DNA of 64,000 bases, from NCBI GenBank assembly GCA_003693705.1, contig RBZT01000267.1, forward strand, positions 1-64,000. The letters are read 5' to 3'. Position 1 is the first letter of the stretch. Each line of letters starts with the position of its first letter. Positions 48,828-62,514 of this stretch are shown here, piece by piece. Source of the DNA: Polymyxa betae A26-41. Taxonomy: Eukaryota > Protista > Endomyxa: Phytomyxea. The translations under genes were made by a program, and so were the position numbers. The notes under the pieces were generated by a model. The model had not been told where the DNA came from. It did no database searches and saw nothing but the letters and a program-made list of their open reading frames with translations.

Positions 48828-51800
48828 ATGGCGGTACAAGTCAATCCAAACCCGTCAATGGGCGTAGGGATATGGCTAATTTGGGCCGGCTATCTCTTGG
48901 GTAACACCCCTGCCCATCACGTCGATTGCCTTTAACTCTCCCTACCGTAGTTATCCTAGTCCTGCTCGTCAGATCGTTCCTAAGCCGATGGACGTCATCG
49001 CTGCCCTTCCTGTCGTCGCCTTCGAACAGACCTGAGCGATCGTTGTCATCACAGACTTTGCTAGACTATTTCTCGAATGAGAAGAAGTTTAATGGCCCTG
49101 TAACATTGTCATGCGTGCTGATAAGCACAGTGGTGTTGGCCTCTGTAGTCACAAACACTCCTGATGACATCTACACTAAAGGGTCCCTTCATTCTTATAA
49201 TAACATTCCTGTATGATGCTGATCGTTTCTAAGGTTCGCCGCTTTTGCTTGGCTGCCGGCACTGCTGTTTGCTGTTCTGGGATATCTGGTGGTAGCCGCG
49301 CGTCTGTCGAAGCTGTCAGCTATCCGAAACTACACGTCTCCCATTGATTTTCTCAATGACCGATATCGTTCCAAGTAATTTGAATCGGAATCACACTGGT
49401 CATCATCGTAATAAGTGTCTGACAGAACTATGCGAGCAATTACAGGATCCGTGATGGTTATGACAGCGGTTGTATTCATGGCGATCATGATGAAAGCTGC
49501 TGGCTCCCTGATTGAAGTAATGTCGGTTGGTTCGATATCAGCTTTATCGGGTATTATATCGGAAACTGTAAGGAAATGTTTTAACACTGAGCTCTAGGAG
49601 CGGTTGGCGTAGGCGCTGCCATATTATGCTTTGAATTCCTTGGCGGATTATCATCTGTAGGAATCATAGATATAATCCATTGCTCATTGATGGCTTTCTC
49701 ATTCTTCTTCATGTACATCCTTCAATCCTCATTGTTCGGTATGAACAGAATTAATGTCACCTTTGAACGTAAAATGAAGATGTAACAGGAGGATTCGCTT
49801 ATGTTCTGCAATCTATCACTGCAAACACTCCAACTGTTGCAGATGCACCATCTGTCGGGAAACATCTTGAATGGATATTGTGGACCATGCCTTTCGTTGC
49901 CTTCCCGCTGGTGGGTTTTGTTTTTCTTCTGATTCATGACTGCAACTTATTGGGCTGGTTAGTATCCTCATCTGCTGACTCGTTTACAAGGATACCATTC
50001 TGCAAAAGGATTGCGAATTGCCCTAGTCGCTCTAAGCCTCGCGCCGTTCCTGATCATCCCTGGAATGCTGGCATTCGGTATCAGTGGTCGTAGTGTGTTT
50101 CCACAATTGGCGGCATTGAACTCCACATCGAAGCCCACATCCGCTGATATATTTGCTTTGACCATCCGGCTGGTTATGGAACAAGGTTCGATCGCCCTTT
50201 TCTTGTTGGTTGCAGTCTCAATAAGAATTGTTGTTAGGCTCTGGGTATTATTTCTTGGGATCGCTACTATTTGTTGGGTCTATGTCTGTGATTATGTCGA
50301 CTACCAGCAGTAACGTCTCTGGTGTCAGTGCTGTGATAGCTCTGGATTTGTACAGACCTCTGGTCGGTTCTGGGTCGTCAGTCCATGTTGGTCGTATCAT
50401 TTCGGCAGTATCAGCTCTGTTCCTGCTGTCTTTCGCTGTGGTCTTGAGTGGCATTCGCTTGATAAGTACTGCATCGTGGATTGGAATGTTGAACGGTGTT
50501 ATTCTGCAACTGATGCCTGCATTCCTGTTAGGATTATATTCGCATTTTGGCCAGCCACTCATTCTGAATATTGGTTGGCATGCGGCAATTCGCTTTTAAC
50601 CAAAACTAAAGTATGACAGGAATGATCTGTGGTATCGTCACCTCTGTCGCCTGTCATCTGGGCTTCGCTTTTTCTCACTCAAATGTCCCTGCCGACCTTG
50701 GAGCCTTTTTGGGCTTGCTCTTTAACACCGTTGTTGTGTACTGTCTGAGTTCCATGTAAGTCCAGCTTCTTGTTAGAATCCGCATTTGTCCCTTATATTC
50801 TGAAGCATGTCCTCGGATGCTGAGATTGCCGATGATTCTAAATCAACCGGCTCAATCACAAATGTCTTTTCTCTGCGTTTGAGCCGGGAAGCGTCGGTCG
50901 AGGCCCCAATGAACCACAGTACGTTGCATTGATGCCGACGTTTACAATTCTAAGCCAACGATGTTGCAGAGCCGAGTTTCGGAAAGTTCCGAACCCCCAT
51001 GCCCTCAGGTTTGGTCGGTTGGAGAATGAATCCAAATTTGGACCTGAATCTCGACCTTCCTGAGCTTTCTGCCACTGAAGTATCCAAATTCTCATCAGGT
51101 AATGTCAAGTAGTGATTTAGATGGCGTCCGGAATTGATGTTTGTAACAGGAAGTTTTGCGATAGACCATGCTCGTGTCGGAACGACAACTTTGGGCTCGA
51201 TTGGCCGGATTGGCGATGGCCACACAGAGCCAATACATAATCCCGTCCTCTTAGGAGCCAGTGCCATCTTCCTATTGTTGTCGTCGCCTTTCTATTTCTC
51301 AGCGAACAACGCAGGCATATCAACAAACGGAATTCCTTTCTGGCTGTATTTGAGTTTTCTGGCGGCACTAATGTCGTCTGCTACACTCCTTTACATCATG
51401 TTCAGCTCCTGGGATTTGAAAGATTTGCAAGCTAAAGGTTCCTCTCATGAACTTTCTGTCAATTCGCTTTCAGTATCCACACAAATGGACAACAGTGTAC
51501 AAGCGGCTGAAAGTAATCGCGAACCAAGCAGTACAGTGGAATCGCTTCCAGCTCCACAGCTTGCAATAACGCGTTTTTCATCGAAAGGCCCAAAGCCATT
51601 TGGCCAGCAATCACGCTTGTTCTACCATGATCCCAAAGCGCAACAGCCTCAGCCGCAGTCGGCTGAATTCCGTTCTGTAAAAAATGAGAAAACAGCAAGG
51701 CATAAGGACATGCCTCTCGGCAGGCGCCAATCTAATAGAAGGCCTGAGAGAAATGATAAGTCGCTGCCAAGCATGGATATGGGATCCCTGGAAAGCTTCA

Positions 51801-51838
51801 GCCTGGAGGAGGAGATCCGCCATCACGGTTACCGCTAA
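48828..51838 (+). CDS. Sodium:solute symporter (SSS/SLC5) family transporter, many introns
   Basis: DYF..., RLSKLSAIRNYTSPIDFLNDRYRS, LGGLSSVGIID, IMSTTSS..SAVIALDLYRP, LQLMPAFLLGLY; more than 12 hydrophobic helices. Confidence 0.75.
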
Positions 51839-51877
51839 TGTCTGCATATTTATGCCATCTCCAGTTTAAAAATTAAA

Positions 51878-52756
51878 TTATGATGTATGAATTGCTTTAT
51901 TCCCGGCGTACAGTCTGTCCAATTTTTCAAGTTCGTTGTCAAGTTGAGATTGTAGCTGCGCTAGTTTCGGCTGAACAAGCGACTCAAATCGGGCTTTCGC
52001 AACAGGATCCGATAAAACTATGAATGAATTTAGAACATTAGTTCAAGCATCTCAAAAAATAATACTCATTTGGATTTGCTCGTCTGTAATTGATTCTGAT
52101 TCTGATTCTGTTTTTTCAAGACTAGATGACGTAGACGGAGCAGGCTCCGGTTGGACAGTAATAGCTTGTGCTAAAGGAAGGACAGCAGACAGACTTGGAG
52201 CAATGCCTCGGCTGAGACGCAGTTGAAGATGTCGAGTCTTGCCTAACAAGTATTGATATAAATGACAATATCGTAGAACGCGGTCCAGGAAGAACCGGGT
52301 CAGCAATTTCAATTCGATTAGGGAGAAGACAGCGATACTGAATGGCGTTCGACGGATGCTATGTCGCAGCAACATCGCTTTCAAACGCGAGAACACGAAT
52401 TCGGGCTGGGGTAATTCCGGCCCGGATAGAATCAGCAGTACTTCAATTAGGATGGCGATTGAAGTGGCAATGCGCTCAGGAGAGAACCGGTTCCGGTGAT
52501 GAAATGCAACGAGCTGAGCGAAGATGTTCTGTAATGCCTTGTAATGGCTTTCAACCATATCAGGCCAGATTTGATTTACCAAGGAGCGAATCGCGTCACT
52601 AATATACTGAGTGATCAAGGCAAGAATAACAGAGAACTCTTACGGTTTTTCGTTAGTTGTAGATTTTCTTTGGCTGAGCGCATTGGAAGCCGGATCGATA
52701 TATTTTCGAGTCAGAAACAAAGGTTCCCTCGGCCGTGACACTGAATCCGAACACAT
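51878..52756 (-). CDS. CFAP119/CCDC189-like flagellar central-pair protein (CLAMP domain); start approximate
   Basis: FSPERIATSIAI, LKAMLLRHSIRRTPFSIAVFSLIELK..FFL..VLRYCHLYQYL. Confidence 0.7.
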
Positions 52757-53504
52757 GGAACGTGTCTATCAGCAGAGATGGTACCCGACGATCGCCATCG
52801 TCAACCGTCATTCTACCGGCAATCACAATGACAATTACGCAGGCTTACTCTGCAAATTTTCGCTCTCTCACGTTTGCAATCCGTTTGTGTAAGAATGGCT
52901 AGTACTTTCACAGTCGGTACTCCAAGAGATGAATAATTTCATTTCATTCTAAAACCGTTAAAATGCTTGAGAGCCTTCAAAGGTCATCTCAACGACTAAC
53001 GAGATTATCACATGCGCACAGTAATGGTAGGTATAACAACGCTCAGAAAAGGGCGAATGTGCCATATTGTGTTGACTGACGCCAGGCTTGATTACTGCAG
53101 CTATCCCAGGCTTAAGATGAATAAAATCAGATTCGTATAGCCATTATCACTTAAAACTGAAGGACACCAAATAACAGAAAGATAGGTACCGGTACCTGAG
53201 TTTTCATGACGAATCCTTCGGACTTACTACGGTAGTATTTTCTGCGGATCTATTTTAGAAAGTTTTTTTATTGCGAATTTTTCAATACTTTGCCCATGAG
53301 TACGCAACTTGTTGTAGGTAGCGCCGTAGCGAGGTGGTGTCTTAACGATTTTTTTTACTGTTGTGTGACGGATATTACCCGCCCACTTTACTTGTTTTGG
53401 TTTCGTGTTTTCCATTTTGTACTCTTCACATCTCAATTTGCGACTAGCAGGTCGCCTGTATCTTGTAGTGTTTTATAGAGGCACAAGTCGCGCAGCCACC
53501 AACC

Positions 53505-55597
53505 ATGGCTGCTTTAATCAGCTTGCGCCTGGAGAGGCAGGCTGTAATTGACATCGCTTCTGGCGAACCAGATCTCCCATATAGTGACAGTCGAAGGGGG
53601 CTCTACCAACTGGTGTCCAATGACGATATCGTCATTGTTGATAATCACCTCGCCCCGTTATTGGAGTATCCTGTCAGGGTCTTTATTGATGAAAACATAA
53701 CAGCAGAAGAAGTACTTTCTATATTCTCTTTGTCAATGTAATGACTGATTCTTTTTTGAAGGCTGTTGTTCATGAAGAAGTTGAACGAATTTTGATCAAC
53801 CGAAAGGTTGCCGCAGTTTGCCTCCAGCGTTGGTGGAGAGAGGAATCCTCCTGTAAGCGTTTCAGAAATCGCCTTCGACGAAAGCTGCTATGTCGTTCGC
53901 TTTGGTTATGGCGGAGGCGATCATTAATTGAACAACACGGTGTTATTGCCAGGGTTATCGCTCAAAAGGCAATTGAAACCGCTCAATTCAGAAACGTTTC
54001 GGCAAGCCGGATTGTTTCTGCCTGGCGAGGGATTCGCCTAAGACGTTATTGCCGTTCAATAGCGGCAGAAGGCAAACGCGTATTGCACCTGAAGCGCTCA
54101 GCTAGTCTCATAATATCGCATTTCCATCGTTATGTTGTTCAACGGCAAGCTGTCTTGACAATTCAAACATGCTGGCGGAATCATCTGACGGCATCTTCGG
54201 CGAGATCACAGTTTCTTGTGCTAAAATCCGCCTCTTCAACTGCTCAAGCCTGCTTATCAACGTTTGCTGCTTTCAACGAACACTGTCGAAACATCCGAAG
54301 AGCTCGAATATTGCAAAATCGCTTCCGTCGCAGACGATTAAGGCGAAAATTTCGCGATGTTGTTCTACTCTGCCATCAAACTCATATCAACGCTCTTGAG
54401 CGATCCGCTCTATGTCTGCAGTCTGTGTGGAGAGGTCGCTGTTGCCGCCATTCACTAGCTATGCTGAGCTCTAAGGCGGTGATTATCCAGAGATCGTGGC
54501 GTTGCTATCGAGCACGTCAGGAGTATCAGCGTCTTAGAGAGCAGGAGTCAATAGCTCGTATCAGTGCTTGTTGTTGGTCGATTTTGGCTGGATCGAGGTT
54601 TCATAGGTTAAGATCTGCAGCGGAATTGTTGCAGACCAGTTTCTTATCAGTTATTGCATTTGATCGGCATGTGGAGGACGTCCAATCTATTCGCATATTA
54701 CAGCATATATTTCGTCGCAACCGAGTGCGACGAAGTTTTCGGAATATCGTGCTATTGAACCATCGGGAGTATAGGTGTGCTCGCGATCGCGCTGCCGTAT
54801 GTGTACAGGCGATTTGGAGGGGACGTAATTGCCGTCGTTCACTGGGTGGTTCCTTCAAGAACTTACGAACGAACATCGTCACTTGTCAGGCGGAATTGTG
54901 GTCCTTCTTAGCCTGCAAAGAATTCCAGAGGTTCAAGAAGCAGTCTGAATTGGACAGCCGACGTCAAATGCTGATCACGCAACTAGAATTGCTTCCTGAT
55001 TCAAGAGATCAGCGATTGCAATCATTAAGAGAAAGGTTCTCTCAGCGGCTGGCAACTATTGAATGCGTATCTCCGGAAGAACCGCAAGAGCCGACAACTG
55101 CTTTGCCAGTTAAAGCCTCGGTACTGTCAGCTTTGGATGCCAAGAGAGCGCGGCTTTTCAGAGTTAAAGCACAGCTGGATATGATTAAAGGCCGGAAAGA
55201 ACCTGTTTCTGTGTTAAATGATACAAGCTCGTCATCGATGCACAATGCTGATGATGCTAAAATTGTTAAATCAGTTCGATGGTGTGATGATCATGGATCA
55301 TTATTGGCGGATTCTACCAATCCAAAATGCTCTCCTAAAGCTTCGGCAGCTCCAGCGCGGTCCTGTATCAAAGTGTCCACAAATTCCAACTCACAAAGGA
55401 AACGCGCGCAACGCATCATCAACGTACTTTCTACAACATTTGGGAAAGCGAGGGTGTGTAGGACGATTGGTTCGTCTGAGAACTCCAGTAAAACCGCCAA
55501 TTTGAAATCTGCTACCATGCCTGCAGCCAGAACTGTTGCGAAGTCACCGTTAAGTAGCGGTGCCCGACGCGTAAGGGTTCCTACCAAGTTCTCTTAA
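53505..55597 (+). CDS. Multi-IQ-motif calmodulin-binding protein, 2 exons
   Basis: Repeated IQ motifs (LQRWWR, IQTCWR, LQSVWRG, IQRSWR, VQAIWRG) with an internal duplication; KSVRW motif in the tail. Confidence 0.75.
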
Positions 55598-55661
55598 ATG
55601 AAAATGTGTTTATATTTATCGTTTAAATATTATTAATATATTCAATTGTAATTATATACAA

Positions 55662-57375
55662 TCAATCTGTCTTGACTCGGGCAGGGCCCATCATATTTCT
55701 TGGCGACATCCTTGCAGTGATCAATCGCAAACACATACAGCAAGTAACCGTAATCGCAACCAGCGTGAAGATAGTGACTAAACTTATGCGAATCCAGCTC
55801 AATCTCGACAGGCGCTGCATTTCCCGAGTGATCCAAATCCCATGCGAAAACTTTCCAAGAGTATTAATAAGGGCAATGATCTCATTCCGCTGCAACTGCT
55901 TCGCATCATTGAATAAAATCTTAAGAGCAGTTCCGATCCCAAGAATTTGGAGCTTGTGCAGGCTTTAGAAAAGAGTTTACAAAGACGACAGAAATCCAGA
56001 CCTTTCCGTGAACCCGACATTTGTCACAATGAACACAATCCATAATTAAGCTCAAATTTCTAAAATGTGATCTCAGCTGCGATTTGATGTATTCCTATAA
56101 ACGCTTGTTAGAGGAAGGGATGTGTTGAATTCCTGCTCATTACCGAATCAATATCGCGAAACATGTTGTTCTCATTGAAACTATGATCGGGAGAACATTG
56201 AAGGACCATCGGAGCGTTGAGTCTGGATAAGCGCATCAAAGCATGAAAGGCAAGGGCAGACGACACGCATTACAGGTTTTGCATCAAAGTCTTCGTATGG
56301 TTATCTTCAGCGATCTGATTTGGCTCGCTTCCTGTTCGGTAATCGTACAATGAAAAAAAATCGCTCATTTTGTTCACAGCGCGTAATAAAAAGACGAAGA
56401 CGAAATAGATATTTTGGATTCGTTCAGGATGCCTTCCGAGCATACGATTGAACCTACAATCAATTGATGATCGGCAATACGACTCTATATAACGTATTTA
56501 CACGGTGGGATCTGGCCCCCATTCCTGACCATCTCCTAATGGGTGGTTGTATGATACATGAGCGCTGATACAAGCTTGTAACCCGCTCAGCAGCCGGAAG
56601 AATACTCGTTTTTCGTAACACATATCAGAAAATCGATCTACAAAAGTGTAAGCGAGCGAATTCAACAAATCGCAATCATTCGCGAACCTTGAAAACAGTT
56701 CTCTCCATACATAGCAGACCAAATTTTTCTGGCTGGCTCGCCGGAATATCCGGTATAACTTTCTGGATTTCGTTGCAGATTTATGAACGTCACTAAACGG
56801 GGCTTAGTCATGAGATGAGAACTAATAACAATCAGAACTGACTCGTTCCAGTATCTTGAACAATCCAATTCTCGTCTTCTTCTGTCCAGTGCTCGAACTC
56901 AGGAAGCTTCATATCAAGATTGTCACCTGTCTTCCATAGCTCGGGGACCTTGTTTTAGCAATTAGGAAAAGAAAGAATACGACCAAAAATCAATGCAACG
57001 AACTTCATCAGTACATTCGCAGACGCTACACCTTGGGCTACTACAAAGCGATTCGTCTTTCCAGAATTTACAATCGTTATACAGGTTTAGCTGGAAAATC
57101 TTGAAGAATCGAGTTGCCTATGGCGCGATCTTAGATTTTGTCTTTTTGTTAGACTTAGCCATACCCGTATCTTCTCTAGCAAGCTGTGTAAATCGCTTTG
57201 ATTAGCCAAATCTACCGTTTCGGTATCACAGCAGCAGTCATCTATCTGCAGACAGGCCCCATCAATAACCAGCATCGAACCCTTAACAAGCACTACTGAC
57301 TCGAGCCGCCCAGCCAATAGTTATCAGAGCATATAGGACAGCAATCAGACTGGCCAGCCTGCTTACAGAGAGCAT
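55662..57375 (-). CDS. ERO1: ER oxidoreductin 1, multi-exon, with C-terminal TM helix
   Basis: [87 protein letters not shown]. Confidence 0.95.
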
Positions 57376-57390
57376 TTAGAACGATCTAAC

Positions 57391-57454
57391 AACAGTAGTG
57401 ATGAATTCAGTCTAAAACTGATATCGATGAAAACAGGCAGCTGACTGAATTGTT
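57391..57454 (+). ncRNA. Candidate box C/D snoRNA
   Basis: C box GTGATGA 57398, D' CTGA 57418, C'-like TCGATGA 57424, D CTGA 57445, terminal stem AACAGT/ATTGTT. No target identified. Confidence 0.3.
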
Positions 57455-58103
57455 TACGCTACCAGCTCAGACATCCGACCCGACCCGAAATCAGGTGATG
57501 AAAAGTACAGAGTGCGTTATACACAATTTTGCTCCGCATTCTACAACATTCTCGAAGCTTTTTCTGTTCATCGGTAAAGGCGTGCAAGAAGACTTGCCGT
57601 AGGGATGATTTAGGGCAGTTGAGAAGGATCCGCAGACGTTCAGAGTCTTGTTTATTATCGGCGAGCATATACAATGTTTCGATACGAGTTAGCTCTGTTC
57701 GTGATGTTCGTGATGAGACAATCCGCTCCATGCCTGTTCTGCTGTTATTAGCGCGGCACATGCCAGACTGGGAAATGCACAGCTACTCTAAATGGCAAGT
57801 TGTCTGGGCTTTGGACAAGCGCAATAAAGGCCGTCCTGCCCGTCCAAATTAAGTTCTAGGGTCAACATAACGACCACGTCCGATAGCGAACATCTCTTCT
57901 ACCTGGTTCTCGGCATCTGCACGTCGGCGCCGACGTCGATCTCATGTGAACATGGAGGAGGCCGCATTAAGTTCGCTTCGACAGTGCACTTTACATTAGC
58001 TTATTTACAGTCGTAAAATCATTTATCATTTGTCTCTCTCTTTCTCGTCTCGCTGTTCTATCACCGCCATCGTCTTCGCTGTCGATCCGACAGAACATCG
58101 CTG

Positions 58104-60823
58104 ATGTCGGCGATTGTTGCTATCGCCGCCATAGCGCTCACCCTAACACATGCATATGATGAAGCTGAACAATGGGCATCCATTGACGACGACATCCGCT
58201 CTCTGACTGCATCGCTTTCGATCGAATACCAAATTGGGCAAATGCTCCAGCTTGATGTCAGCCTTTTCATGACCAAAGACCACACGCTCAACAAGACCGA
58301 ATTCGCATCAGCTGTTGATCGGTTCGGCGTTGGTTCCATCTTAAACACAGCCTCTGCGACCTCAGATGACATTCCGACCCTTTCATGCTCTAAATGGCGG
58401 CAGCTTATAACAGATATTCAGCAAATCGCTTTGGATCACGGTCCTAAGATTCCAATCGTTTACGGGTTGGACAGCGTTCACGGTGCAAATTATATTAGCG
58501 AAGCAACATTGTTTCCACAGCAGATTGGTCTGGCAGCATCATTTAACCGCGATCTCGTTCGTAGGTCCTTCGAGATTACGTAAGCGGAATTGTACTGACT
58601 GTATATTGACATTCAAGTGTCGCTTTAGGGCTAAAGATTCTCGAGCATGTGGAATTCCTTGGGTATTCTCTCCCGTTCTTGATATTGCGCTGCAGAAAGC
58701 CTGGCCAAGGGTTTACGAAACTTTTGGCGAAGATCCCTATCTTGTAAACTTCATTTACACATGGACTTTATGATTGTAACAGTATATCAGGCATCAGAAA
58801 TGGGCTTTCAGGCTGTAATAGGACTACAGGGAACTGAAAAGGGGAATCTATTGAAATCTGACAAAGTTGCGTCTTCTTTGAAACATTTTGTTGGGTATTC
58901 GAACCCTCGGTCAGGGCAGGATCGTACGCAAGCCTGGATTCCGGATAGGTCAGTTAATCGCATTTTACACATTACTCACGTGGCTTATTCCAAGTTTCAG
59001 AGTTCTTCGACAATACTTCCTTCCTTCATTCAGGAAGGCGATTAACGCTGGTGCTGCAACGGTCATGGAAACTTATGGAGATGTAATTACCGACTTCTCC
59101 ATCCTGTGTGTAATACTGATGTAATTTAGGTCAATGGGTCCCCTGTTGTCTCTTCTGAGTTCTACTTAAAAACGGTTCTCCGCGACGAGCTCGGTTTTAA
59201 AGGAATGCTTGTTACTGATTTTGATGAAATCAACAACATGTACTGGTGGCACCGTGCGGCTCAAACGCCATTGAACGCTGTCGAAATTGCTATGAAACAG
59301 ACCACCATCGATATGTCAATGTCTGGCAGATCTTATAACTTCTCTACATCCGTTCAGGATCTAGTTGAAAATGGTGCAGTTAAGCAAGATCGGATCGCTT
59401 TGAGCTGTGCTCGAGTTCTGCAGCTGAAGAAAAATCTTGGATTGCTAAAGAATCCTTTTCCAACGGAAAATAACGACCAGATTTCCAGTATCGGAAGTGA
59501 GGACGATCGACGTGTTGCGCTGAAGCTGGCTCAAGAGAGCATCACATTACTAAAAAACTCGCGGTCTCGGCATGACCATCACCACAAAATGCTGCCTATT
59601 TCAAAGAAATGTAGAGTGTTTCTTGCTGGGCCTTCATCAAACTCCGTTGCAGTAAGAATATTTCGAACGACTAATCCGCATTTCTAAATTTCTGACTTAC
59701 CTAGTTGCTTAATTCTGGTTGGACCCTACATTGGCAAGGAGCAACCGATAATGAGTTCAAATCGGGTACTACAATCAAGCAAGGAATTCTCTCTCTTCTG
59801 GGTAATCCAGACAATCTCTTTCATTTTGACGGATGTTCAATCGACGATTGTTCGGGATTAAACAGGCTTGAGGCCACAAAGGCAGCGAAAAATAGTGACG
59901 TAATCGTTGTCTGTCTTAGTGAGCCAACTTATGCTGAAAAACCGGGCAATATAACAGACATAGAGCTTGACCGCAATCAGGTCGAGCTTGTTCGCGAGCT
60001 GCATCAAACTGGAGTTCCAATTGTTGTTGTATTGACTATGGGCCGACCTCGTCTACTCGGTCCAATTGTTGAGATGGCGTCTGCTGTCATTCATGCCTAT
60101 TTTCCTGGATCAGAAGGCGGTCAAGCAATTGCTGATGTACTCTTCGGCTCAGTCAATCCCAGTGGACGGCTTCCTATTACATGGCCCAAACATACAGCTC
60201 TACAAAATGATCCTTATTGGCATGCCTTCTCTTCAGCTGATACCTATAAGATCGAATTTCCGTTCGGAGCTGGATTATCATATACGAAATTCGAATACTC
60301 GGACCTGAAGTTGAGCTCTGACGTGTTGACACCAGAAACGGGACTGAAAGTTTTCATTGAAGTCAGCAATGTTGGAAAATACGATGGATCGGAGACTGTC
60401 ATGCTGTTCCTCAATGCCGAACACCGATCCGTAGCACCTGAAGTGCGCTTGCTCAAACGATTCAAGAAAGTATTGATTCCGAAGCAAGCGGAGCATTTAA
60501 TTGAATTCGATATTTTCGCCAATGATACAGAATTTTTCGTCGGCAGTGAATCTAAGCCGACTATAGAGAGCGGTGTATACACTGTTCAAATTGGCGATAA
60601 AACTGCTCAGTTTACTTTAAAAGTTGATGGTGGGAACAGTGTGCCGATATCGTTTAAAACTGCAACGTCGCCCGATTTTGCGGTCTCTGGAAATGATTTG
60701 CTTTGGAGTCTGATCTGCTTTGTTAGTGGAGCAGCTGCAGGACTTCCGATGTGGTATATCCTAAACAATCGTAAACAACGCTCTACAAGCTCGGGCTCTG
60801 CTTTCGAATACGGGCTAATGTAA
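58104..60823 (+). CDS. GH3 beta-glucosidase with signal peptide, Fn3-like domain and C-terminal TM anchor, multi-exon
   Basis: YGLDSVHGA, FPQQIGLAASFN, WPRVYETFGEDP, LKHFVGY, LGFKGMLVTD, NPSGRLPITWP, PFGAGLSYTKF; TM LLWSLICFVSGAAAGLPMWYIL. Confidence 0.93.
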
Positions 60824-60962
60824 GCATAGCAACACTTATTGTGATGCATCGGAATCTTTGACAAACTCGTAGGTCGCAAAGCTAAAGTAATTTTCTAATT
60901 GAGATCACGTCAGCAGAAAGAATTCCTGATGGCCAAGTTTTGAGATTTTCTTAAGGTTTATA

Positions 60963-62514
60963 TCAATCAATTAATACAATAATTTCACCGATGCGAACTT
61001 CAAATTTCAGCTTTAAATACCTCAGCAGATGAATGATCGCAGGACGAAGCTAAGCGCATTCAGCAAAAAATTATGAAGAACAATGGTGGAGTCTAATTGA
61101 CCTTAGGAGAGAATGTTGTGGTGCTATGACGACCGATGCCAATAATAATGTTAACCTTACTAACAACTCCACAAGATGCTATTCTGGCACGAGAAATAAA
61201 ATCGGAAACGAATTTTCGCGCTTCCCGGACGTAGATCCCATGGAGATCAATCATCTTGAGTTCACGTGCCCTAGGGTTATTTTGCTAAGCTCCATGCTTA
61301 ATCATCGGAGATTCAAGCTGAAGATTACATACGATAAACCGAGAAACCATGAGCTGTTCTCGCGCCGTGTTTATACGCTCGTCCAGATCCCTTGCCTTTT
61401 CATAAAGCATCTGGCCGTGGAAACTCTGTCTGCTCGCCATCGCGTTCTGCGCTCGTCGACGAATCTCCAGTCTTTGCTGTGAAAGCCCAGCAACCTCTAT
61501 TTCTTTCTCCTTAACGTCACTATCAGTGATACGCTCATAATGACCCCGGTAAAGACGATCTAATCGATCGTGGACACTAATTTCAAGAGTTTTCTGTTCG
61601 TGCAAGTGATATTGTTGCCGTTGCAGCGAACGGTACTGGACTGGATCGACAATGGTGATGACCGTCTCATCCCTAACAGCTGGACAACCGAATATGGCCT
61701 TCAACGCTTCAAAAGATCGCATGTAAATGTTGTTTTCCGATCCCATCACCTCCAGGATAATTTCCTCTGTGGCGCTAGGAAACATTCTCTAAACCGGGTT
61801 AAACGTCTGCATGAAACTCATGTACGACCAACTTTGAAAGATGTAAATTTCAGGTGGTCGGCCATGTTCAGTTTGGTCCGAGATGTGAACTGAGCCATGT
61901 CGCTGGTCTCAGAGAAGATGTCTCTAATGACATCATCTAGAAGAAAGTTTCGTTCAACTAGTGCTCCATGCAAGACAGAAATCGGAACCAACGGACACAA
62001 ATCCGATAAGATTTTGACCTCTTCCTACCATTTTGATGTATTAATTGCTTTGCTTCATTTAAATGGAAAACCGAGAACACGTAAGCAGCATAAAACGAGA
62101 AAAACGTTTTGCTCTTACCGGATAATTAGACAGATCGTCACTAGCAAGCTCAACAAGAATTGAGACCGTTTGATCGAAATCACCATCGAGGAACTCGAAA
62201 ATCCTATGAAGCCGTGCCGAATCAAAATCAGGAAACATCTCCAAGAGCGTTAATTCATTCATTGTCTTTAAAGAGTCGTCATCCACTTCGTCGTCGTTAC
62301 CATTGTCAGCGTCGCCCGATTCAATAGCAATCTCGCTAACAGTTGAATGCTCTGATTGTATACCATAAGCCATCAGATCGTCGATAATATCGTTAATGCT
62401 GCTAGGTTCGGGAAACGATTCGAATCGAGTCATGATAAGATCGGGCGGTAGATGAGGGAACATGTCGGCGACCATGGCCCGAGCTGTATGATGCTCTAAA
62501 TGGTTCTGAGACAT
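60963..62514 (-). CDS. CUE-domain plus Smr endonuclease protein (Cue2/N4BP2-like), multi-exon
   Basis: Several CUE-type motifs (DMFPHLPPDLI, EMFPDFDS, MCPLVP, MFPSATEEII) and a C-terminal Smr domain IDLHGIYVREA..IIIGIGRHS..LRPAI. Confidence 0.8.

Noticed and set aside
53227-53436. Short Lys-rich minus-strand ORF divergent from the IQ gene
   Set aside because: No domain and no convincing spliced continuation; cannot be supported as a gene.
57459-57960. Possible small minus-strand gene, or snoRNA cluster (extra GTGATGA at 57495 and 57710)
   Set aside because: No consistent spliced ORF could be built, and the extra C boxes lack downstream D boxes.
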